From Candidatus Cloacimonadales bacterium (GTDB lineage: Bacteria > Cloacimonadota > Cloacimonadia > Cloacimonadales > JAIOQZ01): a stretch of 64,000 nt of DNA. The notes beneath the pieces were generated by a model. The model was given only the letters and a program-made list of their open reading frames with translations. It was not told the origin of the DNA and made no database searches. The stretch lies in contig CAXXTU010000002.1 in the NCBI GenBank assembly GCA_963662655.2, positions 1,664,001 to 1,728,000 of the forward strand. The letters run 5' to 3'. A program made the position numbers and the translations under genes. Positions 39,782-50,061 of the stretch are shown here, piece by piece. Numbering within the stretch: the first letter of the stretch is position 1; every line of letters begins with the position of its first letter.

Positions 39782-40993
39782 ATGGATCGAAAAATACTTG
39801 TTTTTGATGAAGACGCGTTTCGTCTGAAGGACTTGCGCTACAAGTTCCAGCCTCTGGCGGAGGAATTCAGGTTTGAGTATATCGAGGATCGCTCGAAGCT
39901 GATAACCGTTTTGGAAGATGAATTCGACGTTTTCCTGTGCAAAACAGCGTTCTACGACCATGAGACCATCAATATATTGAACACGATCGGTGAGAGCTTT
40001 CCCGAAGTAATCCGCATCGTCATCACGGATTCGGAGCAGCAGCTTCACCGCCTTCAATCATCCACAAGCGCCCACCGGTATTTCGGGCACGATCATGAGA
40101 TCGATGACTTACGGCATGCCATCAATCACTTCTTCCACCTCAATGAAATCGTGCAGAATCCCAAAATGCGGCAGATTGTCAACAACATGCATTCGCTGCC
40201 CACTTTGCCGTACATCTATACCGAAATCATGCGCAAATTGAAGGATCCGGACAGCTCGCCGCGAGATATCGGCATTCTGATCGAGAAAGACCTGAGCCTC
40301 ACTGCCGAGGTTCTGCGCATCGTCAATTCTTCGTATTACGCCATTCGCAACAAGATATCCAATCCCACGCAGGCCGTTGTGATGCTGGGGATGGGAACCG
40401 TACGCGACATCGTGCTGTCGCTGTTCCTGTATAATCATTTCAAGGTCCGCAGCTTCAAAGGCATATCCTTCAAGAGCATCTGGAATCATTCGCTTTCAAC
40501 GGCAGGTTTCGCCCGGCAAATTGCCTTGACCGACAGGAAGCTTCTGGTCAATTCGGGCGAGGCGTTCATCTCGGGGCTTTTGAACTGCATCGGTACATTG
40601 TTCATGGCGCAGGAGTTTCCCGAGGATTATTTCCAGGTGGTGATGAAGGCCGAGAAGGATAAAATCCATCTGCAGGAAGCCGAAGAGAGTATCTTCGAAT
40701 TCAACCACAACGAGATCGGCGCATACCTCATGGGATTCTGGGGGCTTTCCGATTCGATCGTGGAAGCAATCGCATACAGCGATAACATCGAGATCGTTTG
40801 CCAGCCTGACATAACGAACGCTCTTGTGATCTATCTGGCAAAGCGGGTCGATTTCGCTCGCCATCCGAACTGGTGCCTGGGGAAATTACCTGAAATCGAT
40901 ATAGGACGAATGAAGGAACTGCCTTTCTGGGGAGATGTTGAACCCTGCCTGGAAACGCTTTTGAAAACTGGATTCGAAGAGGATGTGGAATGA
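39782..40993 (+). CDS. Pseudo-receiver + HDOD domain protein
   Basis: LPTLP, D.SLTA.VLRIVNS, W.HSL, GLLNCIG (HD replaced by NC). Confidence 0.85.
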   Translation: MDRKILVFDEDAFRLKDLRYKFQPLAEEFRFEYIEDRSKLITVLEDEFDVFLCKTAFYDHETINILNTIGESFPEVIRIVITDSEQQLHRLQSSTSAHRYFGHDHEIDDLRHAINHFFHLNEIVQNPKMRQIVNNMHSLPTLPYIYTEIMRKLKDPDSSPRDIGILIEKDLSLTAEVLRIVNSSYYAIRNKISNPTQAVVMLGMGTVRDIVLSLFLYNHFKVRSFKGISFKSIWNHSLSTAGFARQIALTDRKLLVNSGEAFISGLLNCIGTLFMAQEFPEDYFQVVMKAEKDKIHLQEAEESIFEFNHNEIGAYLMGFWGLSDSIVEAIAYSDNIEIVCQPDITNALVIYLAKRVDFARHPNWCLGKLPEIDIGRMKELPFWGDVEPCLETLLKTGFEEDVE

Positions 40994-42384
40994 AGAAACT
41001 TAAAGTCAAGATCATTGATCAGGATGCAAACACAGCCGAATACACGCAATACCTTCTGCAAAACTTGGGGTATACACCGATTATCGGAACATCGACCAAA
41101 CGCGTGGACATACTGGCGGAGAAGCCGGACATCATCCTGATGAACCTGGATATCTCCAAGAAGAATGGAGACTTTCTCTTCAGTGCTGAATCCATGCGCT
41201 CCGAGTTCAACATTCCATTGATCTATCTTCTCGACTATCTCGATGACGAGGACATCTACCGAGCCACGGAGACAAGTCCATACGGATTCTTGATGAAACC
41301 GTTCGAGAAGCTCGAGCTGCATATCGCCATCCAGGCAGCCATACAGAATTTCCGAAACGAGCAAGCGTTGAGAGCCAGCGAAGAGCGGCATCGCATGCTC
41401 ACGATGAACTCCTCGGATATCACCGAGATTCTCGGCGAGGATGGAATCATCCTGTTCGAAAGCGCTGCCGTGGAAAGGATTCTCGGCTATAACGCCGGTA
41501 CACGACTGGGGGAAAAGCTTCTTGATTACGTACATCCGGACGATCGGCACCAGCTCCACAAGATGTTCATGGAACTGCTCTCGTTGAGCTCTCCGAAGGT
41601 GAAAGCCGAATTCCGGGTCAGACACGTGCAGGGCCACTGGCTGGTTTTCGAAAGCATCGGTTGCAATCTCGTGCACGATCCCGCGATACGGGGGCTTGTC
41701 CTGAATACGCGGGATATCACCGAGCGCAAGAAAGCCGAAGAGGAGATCAGGCGAATCGGTAAGGCCGTGGACGGAGCCAGCGACGCAATTTGCATTCTGG
41801 ACCCCGACGGCAAAATGATCTATCAGAATCAGGCTTTCGAAGACCTTTTCGGATACACCCTGGACGAGATGAACCAGGAAAACCGGCTCGAATCGCTGTA
41901 CAGCAACCCCGACACCATCCTGTCCATCCTCGAGACGGCCGGCTTGCGGCAATCGTGGGTGACGGAGACCCCGATGCGAAATCGTGATAACGAGCGGCTC
42001 ATTGTATCGCTGAGAGCCGATGTCATCCGCTCGGATCAAGATCAGATAGAGGGAATTGTGTGCATCCACACCAACACGACAGACCAACGGGCCATCGAGA
42101 AGGAGATCGCCGAGCTGGAGAAACGCAACTCCGTGCTGGCCATGGCGGTAACGGCGAATCATGAGATCAATCAGCCTCTGATGGTTATCAACGCGAATAT
42201 CGAGATGCTCCACTCGAATCTGCCGGACGATGTAAAGAAAAGCAATCGCCGCTACTTCGACCGCGCGACCATTGCCATTGAGCGCATCAGGAACATCCTC
42301 GACAGCTATAAGCAATTACAATCGATCAATTTCGACGAGTATACGACCGGAACGCAAATGGTGAAGTACGGGAACGAAGACTAG
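40990..42384 (+). CDS. Pseudo-receiver + 2 PAS + HisKA-only protein (no HATPase domain)
   Basis: PDIILMNL, YGFLMKPF, VHPDD...RDITERK, TANHEINQPL; stop ~60 aa later. Confidence 0.85.
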   Translation: MKKLKVKIIDQDANTAEYTQYLLQNLGYTPIIGTSTKRVDILAEKPDIILMNLDISKKNGDFLFSAESMRSEFNIPLIYLLDYLDDEDIYRATETSPYGFLMKPFEKLELHIAIQAAIQNFRNEQALRASEERHRMLTMNSSDITEILGEDGIILFESAAVERILGYNAGTRLGEKLLDYVHPDDRHQLHKMFMELLSLSSPKVKAEFRVRHVQGHWLVFESIGCNLVHDPAIRGLVLNTRDITERKKAEEEIRRIGKAVDGASDAICILDPDGKMIYQNQAFEDLFGYTLDEMNQENRLESLYSNPDTILSILETAGLRQSWVTETPMRNRDNERLIVSLRADVIRSDQDQIEGIVCIHTNTTDQRAIEKEIAELEKRNSVLAMAVTANHEINQPLMVINANIEMLHSNLPDDVKKSNRRYFDRATIAIERIRNILDSYKQLQSINFDEYTTGTQMVKYGNED

Positions 42385-42415
42385 CGAGGTTATCGCTTCG
42401 TTGCATCTTCGCCCG

Positions 42416-42506
42416 TTTCGCTCTCCAGCGTGTATATAACACGTTTGCGTTTTCAAAGGTAAAAGATAAATCACTCCAACGTGTAACAACACGCCTGCGA
42501 GCGAAA
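42416..42506. repeat. REPIN-like inverted doublet
   Basis: TTTCGCTC..CGTGT-N5-ACACGTT and an inverted copy AACGTGT-N4-ACACG..GAGCGAAA between convergent genes. Confidence 0.55.
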
Positions 42507-42528
42507 TCAAACGAATCTGCTGCCGATC

Positions 42529-44268
42529 TTACAATTTGGTATCGATACCGAAGTGAATGAAGCCGTTCTGGGGCTCCGTCCACTTACCTTGCGAATAGCT
42601 AAGCGCGTAATCGAGCTGCAACTGCCCGATCGCCGTTTCAACGCGCAATCCCAGCCCGTAGCCGAAAAGATCGTCCAGTCGCTCGACCTCATCCCCATTG
42701 TGGAACTCCACGTAACCGTAATCGACGAACACGAAGAGCCTCGAGAGACGCGAGAGCAATTGCCGGACTTCGAGATTGATCCATCCGAGCCTGTGGCCGT
42801 GGAACTGGTTTTCGCGAAAACCGCGAAGACTCTGGCTTCCTCCCATCTCGAAGCTTTCGTAATCCTCCAGATCGGTCTTTTCCTTCTCCTTCGCGTTGAT
42901 GGACGTCGCGAGCACAAGCCTTTTGTAGAGCTTCTTATAGTGACTCCAGCCAAGCTCGGTTGTATAGTAATCGTGGTATTCCCCTTCGATCTGCTGGAAG
43001 GTGTGGTAGTACCGGATGTTGAAATCGTCCCCGGACGAGGGATTTCGTTCGTAATCGACGTCGTTGTAATTCCAGAAAACGCCGGCCTTGCGGAAGGAGG
43101 TTTTCTCGACAACGGCAGGCCGCATCGAACCAGGGTAGACATCCTCCACGCCGAGGTATATGCCGAATTTCTGGTAGAGCGTGTAGTAATACACCTCCAG
43201 GTCCACCGCCGACTGGATGTAGATCGAATCGACCTCTTGCCGGTAGAAATCGATGTCGGCGGCGATGGGGATATCGCCAAATCCTGATTCATGGTAGCCC
43301 AGCTTCACGTAGCTGCGCGACTTGCTGTAACGCTGCCACTTGAGCGAAAGCGCGCGGTCGGTGCCGAACAGATTGAGAAAATCGAGATTGATGTAGCCTG
43401 TAAACTCGTCGCCGGAGTCGCCAGTATTGTTATAACCCACGATACCCGTGAGGTTGATCATCTTGTCCTCGGTAATGCGGAACAACACGGTTCTGGCGTC
43501 GGTGGGAACGATCTCACACTCGCGAATGTATGACTTCTTGCTCAGATTCTCGGTAATTCGATTGATCGTTGAGAGCGTCAGCAGATCGACCTGCCGGATG
43601 CGTGAAATCCTGAGCAGGGTTTCCTCCGTCGTGACCTTGTTTCCTTCGAACCGGTATTTCTCGGCGTAGCAGCGGGGACCTTCGGAGACACCGAGGTACG
43701 CGTTGTATCCCTCATCGATGTAAACGATGGAATCCAGCCAAGCCTCAGCGAAGAGGAAGCCCATCTCCCCATAGATGCTGGGAATCTGATAAATCGCGGC
43801 GGATAGCTCCTCCAGCGAAACAGGCTGATCCTGGGGCATCCCCGTGAACTCACGCAGCTTGAAATCGGAGAATAGCCGATTTCCCCGGAAGATTACCTCC
43901 CCCGCCTTAACATCGGCGTTCTCGTGGATGGTGAAGAAGACATCAACCCAGCCGGCATCGACGATTTCAATGCGCGGATACTCCACGGTGACGTGGTACT
44001 TACCGTATCGCTGATAATACTCCATGATGTCTTTGCAATCCGCGTTCGCACGATCCTGATCGTACCATTCCTCCACCTCGAGATGAACGACCGAGAGGAG
44101 TTGCCTGTCCGTGAAGAACGCATTGCCCTGGAAACGTATGGAACGCACTCGCAACCTGTTCTCTTGCGCATTCGACGCAAGGGATAGCATCAGAAAAATG
44201 AATACGACGATCCACTTGAGATGGTTGATATTATGGCGCTTCAAGATTGGTTTGGAGCGTTCGCTCAT
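42529..44268 (-). CDS. Omp85/BamA-TamA-family outer membrane protein with POTRA domains
   Basis: I.F.GN POTRA repeats, NLFGTDR, GG.QSLRGF, G.GLR...GQLQLDYA. Confidence 0.88.
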   Translation of the reverse strand: MSERSKPILKRHNINHLKWIVVFIFLMLSLASNAQENRLRVRSIRFQGNAFFTDRQLLSVVHLEVEEWYDQDRANADCKDIMEYYQRYGKYHVTVEYPRIEIVDAGWVDVFFTIHENADVKAGEVIFRGNRLFSDFKLREFTGMPQDQPVSLEELSAAIYQIPSIYGEMGFLFAEAWLDSIVYIDEGYNAYLGVSEGPRCYAEKYRFEGNKVTTEETLLRISRIRQVDLLTLSTINRITENLSKKSYIRECEIVPTDARTVLFRITEDKMINLTGIVGYNNTGDSGDEFTGYINLDFLNLFGTDRALSLKWQRYSKSRSYVKLGYHESGFGDIPIAADIDFYRQEVDSIYIQSAVDLEVYYYTLYQKFGIYLGVEDVYPGSMRPAVVEKTSFRKAGVFWNYNDVDYERNPSSGDDFNIRYYHTFQQIEGEYHDYYTTELGWSHYKKLYKRLVLATSINAKEKEKTDLEDYESFEMGGSQSLRGFRENQFHGHRLGWINLEVRQLLSRLSRLFVFVDYGYVEFHNGDEVERLDDLFGYGLGLRVETAIGQLQLDYALSYSQGKWTEPQNGFIHFGIDTKL

Positions 44269-45332
44269 CGGCCTGGGAAATCCTCGCGAATCACGGCAAG
44301 CAGGGTTTCGATCAACCGGTCTTCGGGGACTTTCGTGACAATTTCGCCCTTGCGGAATACAAGCCCCTCGCCGATGCCGCCGGCGATTCCGTAGTCCGCT
44401 TCCCGGGCCTCACCCGGGCCATTCACTACGCAACCCATCACCGCAACGGTAATGGGGATTTCTCGCATGTGATCGAGGCTCTTCTCGACGTTCTGCGCCA
44501 GCGTCACCAGATCGATGCGGGTTCTGCCGCAGGTCGGGCAGGATACGATATGAAGCCCCTGACGCAAGTCCAGCGCTTTGAGAATCTCGAATCCCACGTA
44601 AACCTCTTTCACCGGATCGGCTGTCAAGGATACGCGAATCGTATCGCCGATTCCCTGAGAAAGCAACGTACCGATCCCCACCGACGAACGGATGGTTCCG
44701 GTGTACTCCGTACCGGCCTCGGTCACACCGAGATGCAGGGGATAATCGACACGATCGCTCAGGATGCGGTAGGCCTCGATCATCATGGGAACCGAGGACG
44801 CCTTGACGGATATCTTCATCTCTTGATAACCGCACTTCTCCAGGATAGCGACGTGCTTGAGAGCGCTCTCAACCAAGGCGAGAGGCGTCACGCCGTATTT
44901 CTCCAGAAGCTCCTTCTCTACCGAGCCGCTGTTCACGCCGATACGGATCGGAATCCGTTTCTCGCGCGCGGCATCGACAACCTTCATCACGTTTGCCTCG
45001 GAACCGATGTTACCGGGATTGAGCCGCAATCCGTCGATCCCGTGCTTGAGCGCTTCCAGCGCCAGGCGGTAGTTGAAATGGATGTCGGCGATCAGGGGCG
45101 AGTCCGTGGCCTTGCGGATTTCCGCAAGCGCGACGGCAGCCTCCATATCGGGGACGGCGAGCCGTATGACCTGGCACCCCGCCGATTCCAGCGCACGGAT
45201 CTGCCCGAGAGTCTTTGTGACATCTTCCGTGGGAGTACTGGTCATGCTTTGCACGGAGACGGGATTGTCTCCGCCGATGTATAAGTCGCGCAGCTTGAGG
45301 ACGCGCGTCTTTCTGCGTTGAATGGGTTCCAC
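44265..45332 (-). CDS. ispG: HMBPP synthase
   Basis: VQSMT, ADIHF, NPGNI, IGVNSGS, GDTIRVSL, SCPTCGR, MGCVVNGPGE. Confidence 0.97.
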   Translation of the reverse strand: MEPIQRRKTRVLKLRDLYIGGDNPVSVQSMTSTPTEDVTKTLGQIRALESAGCQVIRLAVPDMEAAVALAEIRKATDSPLIADIHFNYRLALEALKHGIDGLRLNPGNIGSEANVMKVVDAAREKRIPIRIGVNSGSVEKELLEKYGVTPLALVESALKHVAILEKCGYQEMKISVKASSVPMMIEAYRILSDRVDYPLHLGVTEAGTEYTGTIRSSVGIGTLLSQGIGDTIRVSLTADPVKEVYVGFEILKALDLRQGLHIVSCPTCGRTRIDLVTLAQNVEKSLDHMREIPITVAVMGCVVNGPGEAREADYGIAGGIGEGLVFRKGEIVTKVPEDRLIETLLAVIREDFPGR

Positions 45333-45333
45333 C

Positions 45334-45975
45334 TTACACTCCTTCCCGATCCGGGTCCCAGATTATGCGATGCAACTGCAATTGCAGCCTAACGGGTGGC
45401 TTCTCATCGATGATCCATCCCGCCAGCTCTTCCGGATCGAGCTCTCCCAGGATTGGAGAAAGCAGATTCGTGTAGTTCGCCAGACTGTACTTGTGGATGA
45501 ACTCGATCGCGAACTCGTAGTCGAAGCGATCCGTGAGAACGAACTTGATCTCGTCGCGGTCGGGCTTGAGGTAGGAGAGGTTGTCGAGGAGAAACGATTC
45601 CTGCTCCCAGCTCCCCGGGCACTTGACATCCATGATGATGCGCACCTCGTCCGGGATATCCTTCAGCAGGATGGAGCCGTTTGTTTCGAGCAGAACCGTG
45701 TACTCGAGTTCGACCAATCGCTCCATGAGCGGGATAACCTCTTCCTGGCATAGGGGTTCTCCGCCGGTGATTTCCACGAGTTTTACCGGCTCGTACTCCG
45801 CGATGCGCTCGACGATATCGTCGATTTCGAGCGCGAACTCCGGCTCGAAGGCGTATTCGGTGTCGCAATACCTGCAACGCAGGTTGCAGCCGGATAGTCT
45901 GATGAAAACACAGGGCAAACCGGCGTAGGTCGATTCACCCTGAATGCTGTTGTATATTTCGTATAGTTGTATCAT
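45334..45975 (-). CDS. queE: 7-carboxy-7-deazaguanine synthase (radical SAM)
   Basis: SIQGE, FIRLSGCNLRCRYCDT, ITGGEP, ETNG, LQLH. Confidence 0.88.
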   Translation of the reverse strand: MIQLYEIYNSIQGESTYAGLPCVFIRLSGCNLRCRYCDTEYAFEPEFALEIDDIVERIAEYEPVKLVEITGGEPLCQEEVIPLMERLVELEYTVLLETNGSILLKDIPDEVRIIMDVKCPGSWEQESFLLDNLSYLKPDRDEIKFVLTDRFDYEFAIEFIHKYSLANYTNLLSPILGELDPEELAGWIIDEKPPVRLQLQLHRIIWDPDREGV

Positions 45976-47174
45976 TCTACAGGCATGTATGGGAATGTTT
46001 TCCGGTAGCCGAGATATGATTCGATCTCGTCGAGGATTTTTGCGGGATTGCCAAAGACGAATTTCTCGCGGTTGCCGATCTTGAAGATGGAGTACTGGGC
46101 TTCGTCCAGTTTGCATGCCTCGAGATACTCGATGTCCCCGTACAGGATGTGATTGTTCACGACAAATACCCGAATGTTTTCCGTGTTGGAAAGCAGGATA
46201 TTCTCGAACGGATCCTCGTCCAACTGATCCATCACCAGCAGATTGCCGGAGAGGTCGTTGAGTCGCCCGTACTTGAGTGGCTTGAGCAGCGCGTACGCGG
46301 CGTTCACCGTCACCATGCGATAGAGTTCCTTGGCGGGGATGAGCGGCTTGAGTTCGTGCGCCTTGCGGATTTCGCTGAACAGATTCACGGTTCCGGACAT
46401 GGTCGAGTCCGTTCCCAGCACGACGTTAACGCCGCGCTGCAGGCATTCCTCGATGTCCGCCGTCCGATCCAGCAGGTATTCGTTCGAGCCCGGGCACCAG
46501 CAGATGGACGCGCCGGCCTCTCCCACCCGGGCGATCTCCTCTTTCGTGAAGGAAACCGCGTGAATCATGAGCGTGTTGCGGCGAAGCAGTCCACGCTCCA
46601 TCAGCAGGGCGAACTCGCCCCGGGTTCTTTCGTCAAGGCCCTCGCCGACATGAATGATGAACGGGCGGGTTCCGCCCGTGGCTTCCATCTCTTCCTCGGC
46701 TTTCTTACCACCCCACCAGTTCCCCAGCGTGAGAGAATGGCATTGCCAGTACTCTTCGAGGACTTCGATCGGGCGGTTTTTGTAATAAAGCGGGATTTGT
46801 CTGGGCGCGTGATCCTGCACGAGGCCCACACCGGAAAAAAGGTTTTTGTATACTCCAAGATTAACCAGGATTTTTGCATTTCCCTCGGTCAAATTGAACG
46901 AGCCATCGTTGAGCCATACCTTGTCGCGTTCGCGATAGGAATTCGCCTCTTTCATGTCCTCGACCCATATATGCGAATTCACATAGGGTCTGTTGTTGCC
47001 GGCTCTCGGGTACCAATTGCCCACCAGATGATCGTGCGAATTGATCAACGGCGGATAAGCAATCGAATTCCGTATCTCACGAATCGTTGTGTTCGAGAAT
47101 CCTCCCAGACGGATTTCGGTGTTCTTCAAAACCCGGTCTGGACTTTCAACCGCACAAGGGAGATAAAAAATCAT
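45972..47174 (-). CDS. Metal-dependent amidohydrolase/deaminase
   Basis: INSHDHL, IHVGEG, IHAV, LGTDS; start set at MIFYLP. Confidence 0.85.
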   Translation of the reverse strand: MIFYLPCAVESPDRVLKNTEIRLGGFSNTTIREIRNSIAYPPLINSHDHLVGNWYPRAGNNRPYVNSHIWVEDMKEANSYRERDKVWLNDGSFNLTEGNAKILVNLGVYKNLFSGVGLVQDHAPRQIPLYYKNRPIEVLEEYWQCHSLTLGNWWGGKKAEEEMEATGGTRPFIIHVGEGLDERTRGEFALLMERGLLRRNTLMIHAVSFTKEEIARVGEAGASICWCPGSNEYLLDRTADIEECLQRGVNVVLGTDSTMSGTVNLFSEIRKAHELKPLIPAKELYRMVTVNAAYALLKPLKYGRLNDLSGNLLVMDQLDEDPFENILLSNTENIRVFVVNNHILYGDIEYLEACKLDEAQYSIFKIGNREKFVFGNPAKILDEIESYLGYRKTFPYMPVE

Positions 47175-47176
47175 GC

Positions 47177-48355
47177 TCAGTCCTTGAATTTCTTGTTCAG
47201 AAGCGGTAATACTTCGAAGACGTCTCCTACGATTCCCAGGTCGGCCACTTTGAATATCGGCGCGTCGGGATCCTTGTTTATTGCGATGATATAGTCGGAC
47301 GAAGACATACCGGCAAGGTGTTGGATCGCGCCGGAGATACCGCAAGCGATGTAAATCTTCGGTTTGATGGTCTTGCCCGTCTGCCCCACCTGGTGAGGAT
47401 AAGGAATCCACTCGGCATCGACGGCCGCCCTGGAAGCGCCCACGGCGCCGCCGAGGTGTTTCGCGAGCTCGTGGAGCATCTCGAAATTCTTGGGCTCCTT
47501 CATGCCGCGTCCGCCGGAAACGACGAAGTTCGCTTCGGAGATGTTCACGGTCTGCGTATCGTCTTTTACGCGCTCCAGAAGGAAGGTCTCCATGTCGTCG
47601 AAATCGACCTGCTCGCTCACGACGGTTCCCGAGCGCTCCATATCCTTTTCGAGAGGTGTCATCACCTTGTGGCGCACGGTTGCCATCTGCGGGCGGTGAT
47701 CCGGCGTAAGGATGGTCGCCATGATGTTACCGCCGAAAGCCGGACGGGTCTGCAGGAGGTTTCCGCTTTCAATATCGATGTCGAGCCCTGTGCAATCGGC
47801 TGTGAGCCCCGTATGGAGCTTGACCGCCACACGCGGAATGAACGATCTTCCGATGTTCGTCGCACCGGCGAGAATGATCTCCGGTTTGTATTGTTCTGCG
47901 AGCTTGGTCATCGCGAGGGTGAAAGGCAAGTCGTCGAATTGCTCCAGAAGCGGATGATCCACGGTGATTACCTTGTCTGCGCCGTAGGCGATCAGTTCCT
48001 CGGCGAGGGCTTCCACCTCGTTCCCGAAGAGGATGGCGGTAAGTTCGCACTCACGCTGGTCGGCGAGCTCGCGTCCCTTGCCCAGAAGTTCGAGCGAGAC
48101 CGGAGCGACCTCTTTGCCGTCGTGAAGTTCGGAAAATACCCAGACGCCTTTATACTGGCTCTTGTCGACATCGACTTTCCCGCGTTTGCGGATGATGATT
48201 GCATCGAATTTGCACTCGCTGACACACGCCCCGCAGAGAACGCATTTGTCCGCATCGATCTCCGCAAGTTTATCTTTTATTTCGATTGCGTCGTAAGCGC
48301 AAGCCCTCAGGCAAGCGCCGCAACCCACACATTTTTCAACGATTACTTCAATCAT
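47177..48355 (-). CDS. etfA: Electron transfer flavoprotein alpha subunit with N-terminal 2x[4Fe-4S] ferredoxin
   Basis: CVGCGACLRAC, CVLCGACVSEC; GLTADCT, SGGRG, QVGQTG, GISGAIQH. Confidence 0.93.
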   Translation of the reverse strand: MIEVIVEKCVGCGACLRACAYDAIEIKDKLAEIDADKCVLCGACVSECKFDAIIIRKRGKVDVDKSQYKGVWVFSELHDGKEVAPVSLELLGKGRELADQRECELTAILFGNEVEALAEELIAYGADKVITVDHPLLEQFDDLPFTLAMTKLAEQYKPEIILAGATNIGRSFIPRVAVKLHTGLTADCTGLDIDIESGNLLQTRPAFGGNIMATILTPDHRPQMATVRHKVMTPLEKDMERSGTVVSEQVDFDDMETFLLERVKDDTQTVNISEANFVVSGGRGMKEPKNFEMLHELAKHLGGAVGASRAAVDAEWIPYPHQVGQTGKTIKPKIYIACGISGAIQHLAGMSSSDYIIAINKDPDAPIFKVADLGIVGDVFEVLPLLNKKFKD

Positions 48356-48664
48356 TTAAACTCCCATGGTAAATTTTGATAAACAAAGAATTACTTCCGG
48401 AAACGGATGCCCTGTCAAGCATATTTTGTAAAAATACTGATATTTTCGCGAAGCAAACAGGCTGTATATCTACTTTCATCTCCGAATTTTGCCCCGGCAT
48501 CCACGTACGGTATTCAGAAACAGAAGCCTTGACCAAACAATCGCGGTTTGATAATTGTGATCGAATAGCTAATTTCTATACGAAAATGCAACAACAGGTT
48601 GCTCCATTGCGCATGGAAAGCTTGCTGGAAACATAAAGTAAAAAACAAAGAGATTCACCCATAC

Positions 48665-49063
48665 ATGAAGAAGCAAAAAGTACCGCAAGATCAAACCTCG
48701 CTGGATTACATCCGCGAAATCTGCTACGCAGTCGACGAAAACGGGAAATATACGAAGGTTCAGAGCTCCGGTTGGGAAGCGAAAGACACCGCGCTCAATC
48801 TCGCTTGGGACGTCCTGAACGAGCATTTGCAGGATACCATCCGCAAAGTTAAAGAAGGAGAGCTGAGTCCGCTGGCCTATTTCATGGAGAAGAACCAGTT
48901 GGACGCACACATGCTCTCCGGCTATACGGGGATATCCTCCCGAAAAATCAAGAAGCACCTCCACCCCGGGCATTTCGGAAAACTCGACGACCGAACGATA
49001 CAGCGCTACGCGGAGTTCTTCCGAATCTCACCGGCGGAATTCGTCAACCCGGAGTTGCCATGA
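48665..49063 (+). CDS. Conserved small protein of dialkylresorcinol/aryl-polyene-type clusters
   Basis: VPQD...YAVDENGKY..V.S.GWE...SPL.YFM...MD pattern, recalled from Bacteroidota flexirubin-type loci. Confidence 0.7.
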   Translation: MKKQKVPQDQTSLDYIREICYAVDENGKYTKVQSSGWEAKDTALNLAWDVLNEHLQDTIRKVKEGELSPLAYFMEKNQLDAHMLSGYTGISSRKIKKHLHPGHFGKLDDRTIQRYAEFFRISPAEFVNPELP

Positions 49064-50061
49064 AGACCAATTTCAATCACTATCAGGCAGCCCATTGCGA
49101 AAGCGGCGTAACCACGGCCCTGCTCCGAAACATGGGGCTCGACATCGAGGAACCTCTGGTCTTCGGGATCGGAAGCGGATTGTTCTTCTGCTATCTTCCG
49201 TTCATCAAGGTCTACGGCATCCCCATGAGCACGTTCCGCTACCTGCCGGGAACCATTTTTAAATCTTGCTGCAAGCGACTCGGCGTGAAGTACACCGTGC
49301 GGACATACCGCAAGCCGCAGGACGGCATGGCGGATATGGATCGTCACCTGGAAAAAGGGCATCCCGTTGCCGTACAGACCAGCGTATACTGGCTCTCGTA
49401 CCTGCCGGAAAAACTCCGGTTCCATTTCAACGCTCATAACATCATCGTCATCGGAAAAGATAAGGGAGGCTACCTCGTTAGCGACCCGATCCTGCAGGAG
49501 CCTGTTTTCTGCAGCGCGGACGACCTGCAAAGAGCGAGGTTCGCGCAGGGAATCATGGCGCCGAAGGGCCGGCTGTACTATCCGTCCTTCGTGCCTGAGA
49601 ATATCGATTATACAAAGCCAATCGCACAGGGGCTGAAGAAGGTGTGCAAGCGCATGACGGGGAATCCGTTACCGTTTTTCGGAGTACGCGGAATTCGCTT
49701 CCTCGCAAAACAGATGAGGACATGGCCCGAGAAGCTCGGAGACCGCAAGGCCGCCCTCTACCTGGCGCAGCTCATCCGCATGCAGGAAGAGATCGGCACC
49801 GGCGGCGCGGGATTCCGCTTCATGTTCGCATCCTTCCTGCAAACGGCGTCCGAGCGCCTCAAGAATCCGGTTCTGATGGACTGCTCGACGAAAATGACCG
49901 CCGCGGGAGACCTCTGGCGGGAATTCGCACTCCTGGCTGCCCGGAACTGCAAGGGCAGGGCAAAGCCGGAAGAATCGTACGACCACCTCGCGGAGACCAT
50001 CATCCGGTGCGCCGACCGCGAAGAAGAAATTTACAGACAAATTATGGGAACACTCGGCTGA
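49060..50061 (+). CDS. BtrH N-terminal/DUF4872 papain-like protein
   Basis: H.QAAHCESG (Cys), FGIGSG, RFHFNAHN (His), QEEIGTGGAGFRF. Confidence 0.85.
   Translation: MKTNFNHYQAAHCESGVTTALLRNMGLDIEEPLVFGIGSGLFFCYLPFIKVYGIPMSTFRYLPGTIFKSCCKRLGVKYTVRTYRKPQDGMADMDRHLEKGHPVAVQTSVYWLSYLPEKLRFHFNAHNIIVIGKDKGGYLVSDPILQEPVFCSADDLQRARFAQGIMAPKGRLYYPSFVPENIDYTKPIAQGLKKVCKRMTGNPLPFFGVRGIRFLAKQMRTWPEKLGDRKAALYLAQLIRMQEEIGTGGAGFRFMFASFLQTASERLKNPVLMDCSTKMTAAGDLWREFALLAARNCKGRAKPEESYDHLAETIIRCADREEEIYRQIMGTLG

Noticed and set aside
40831..42315. 494 aa minus ORF
   Set aside because: Antisense shadow of the REC-PAS-HisKA gene
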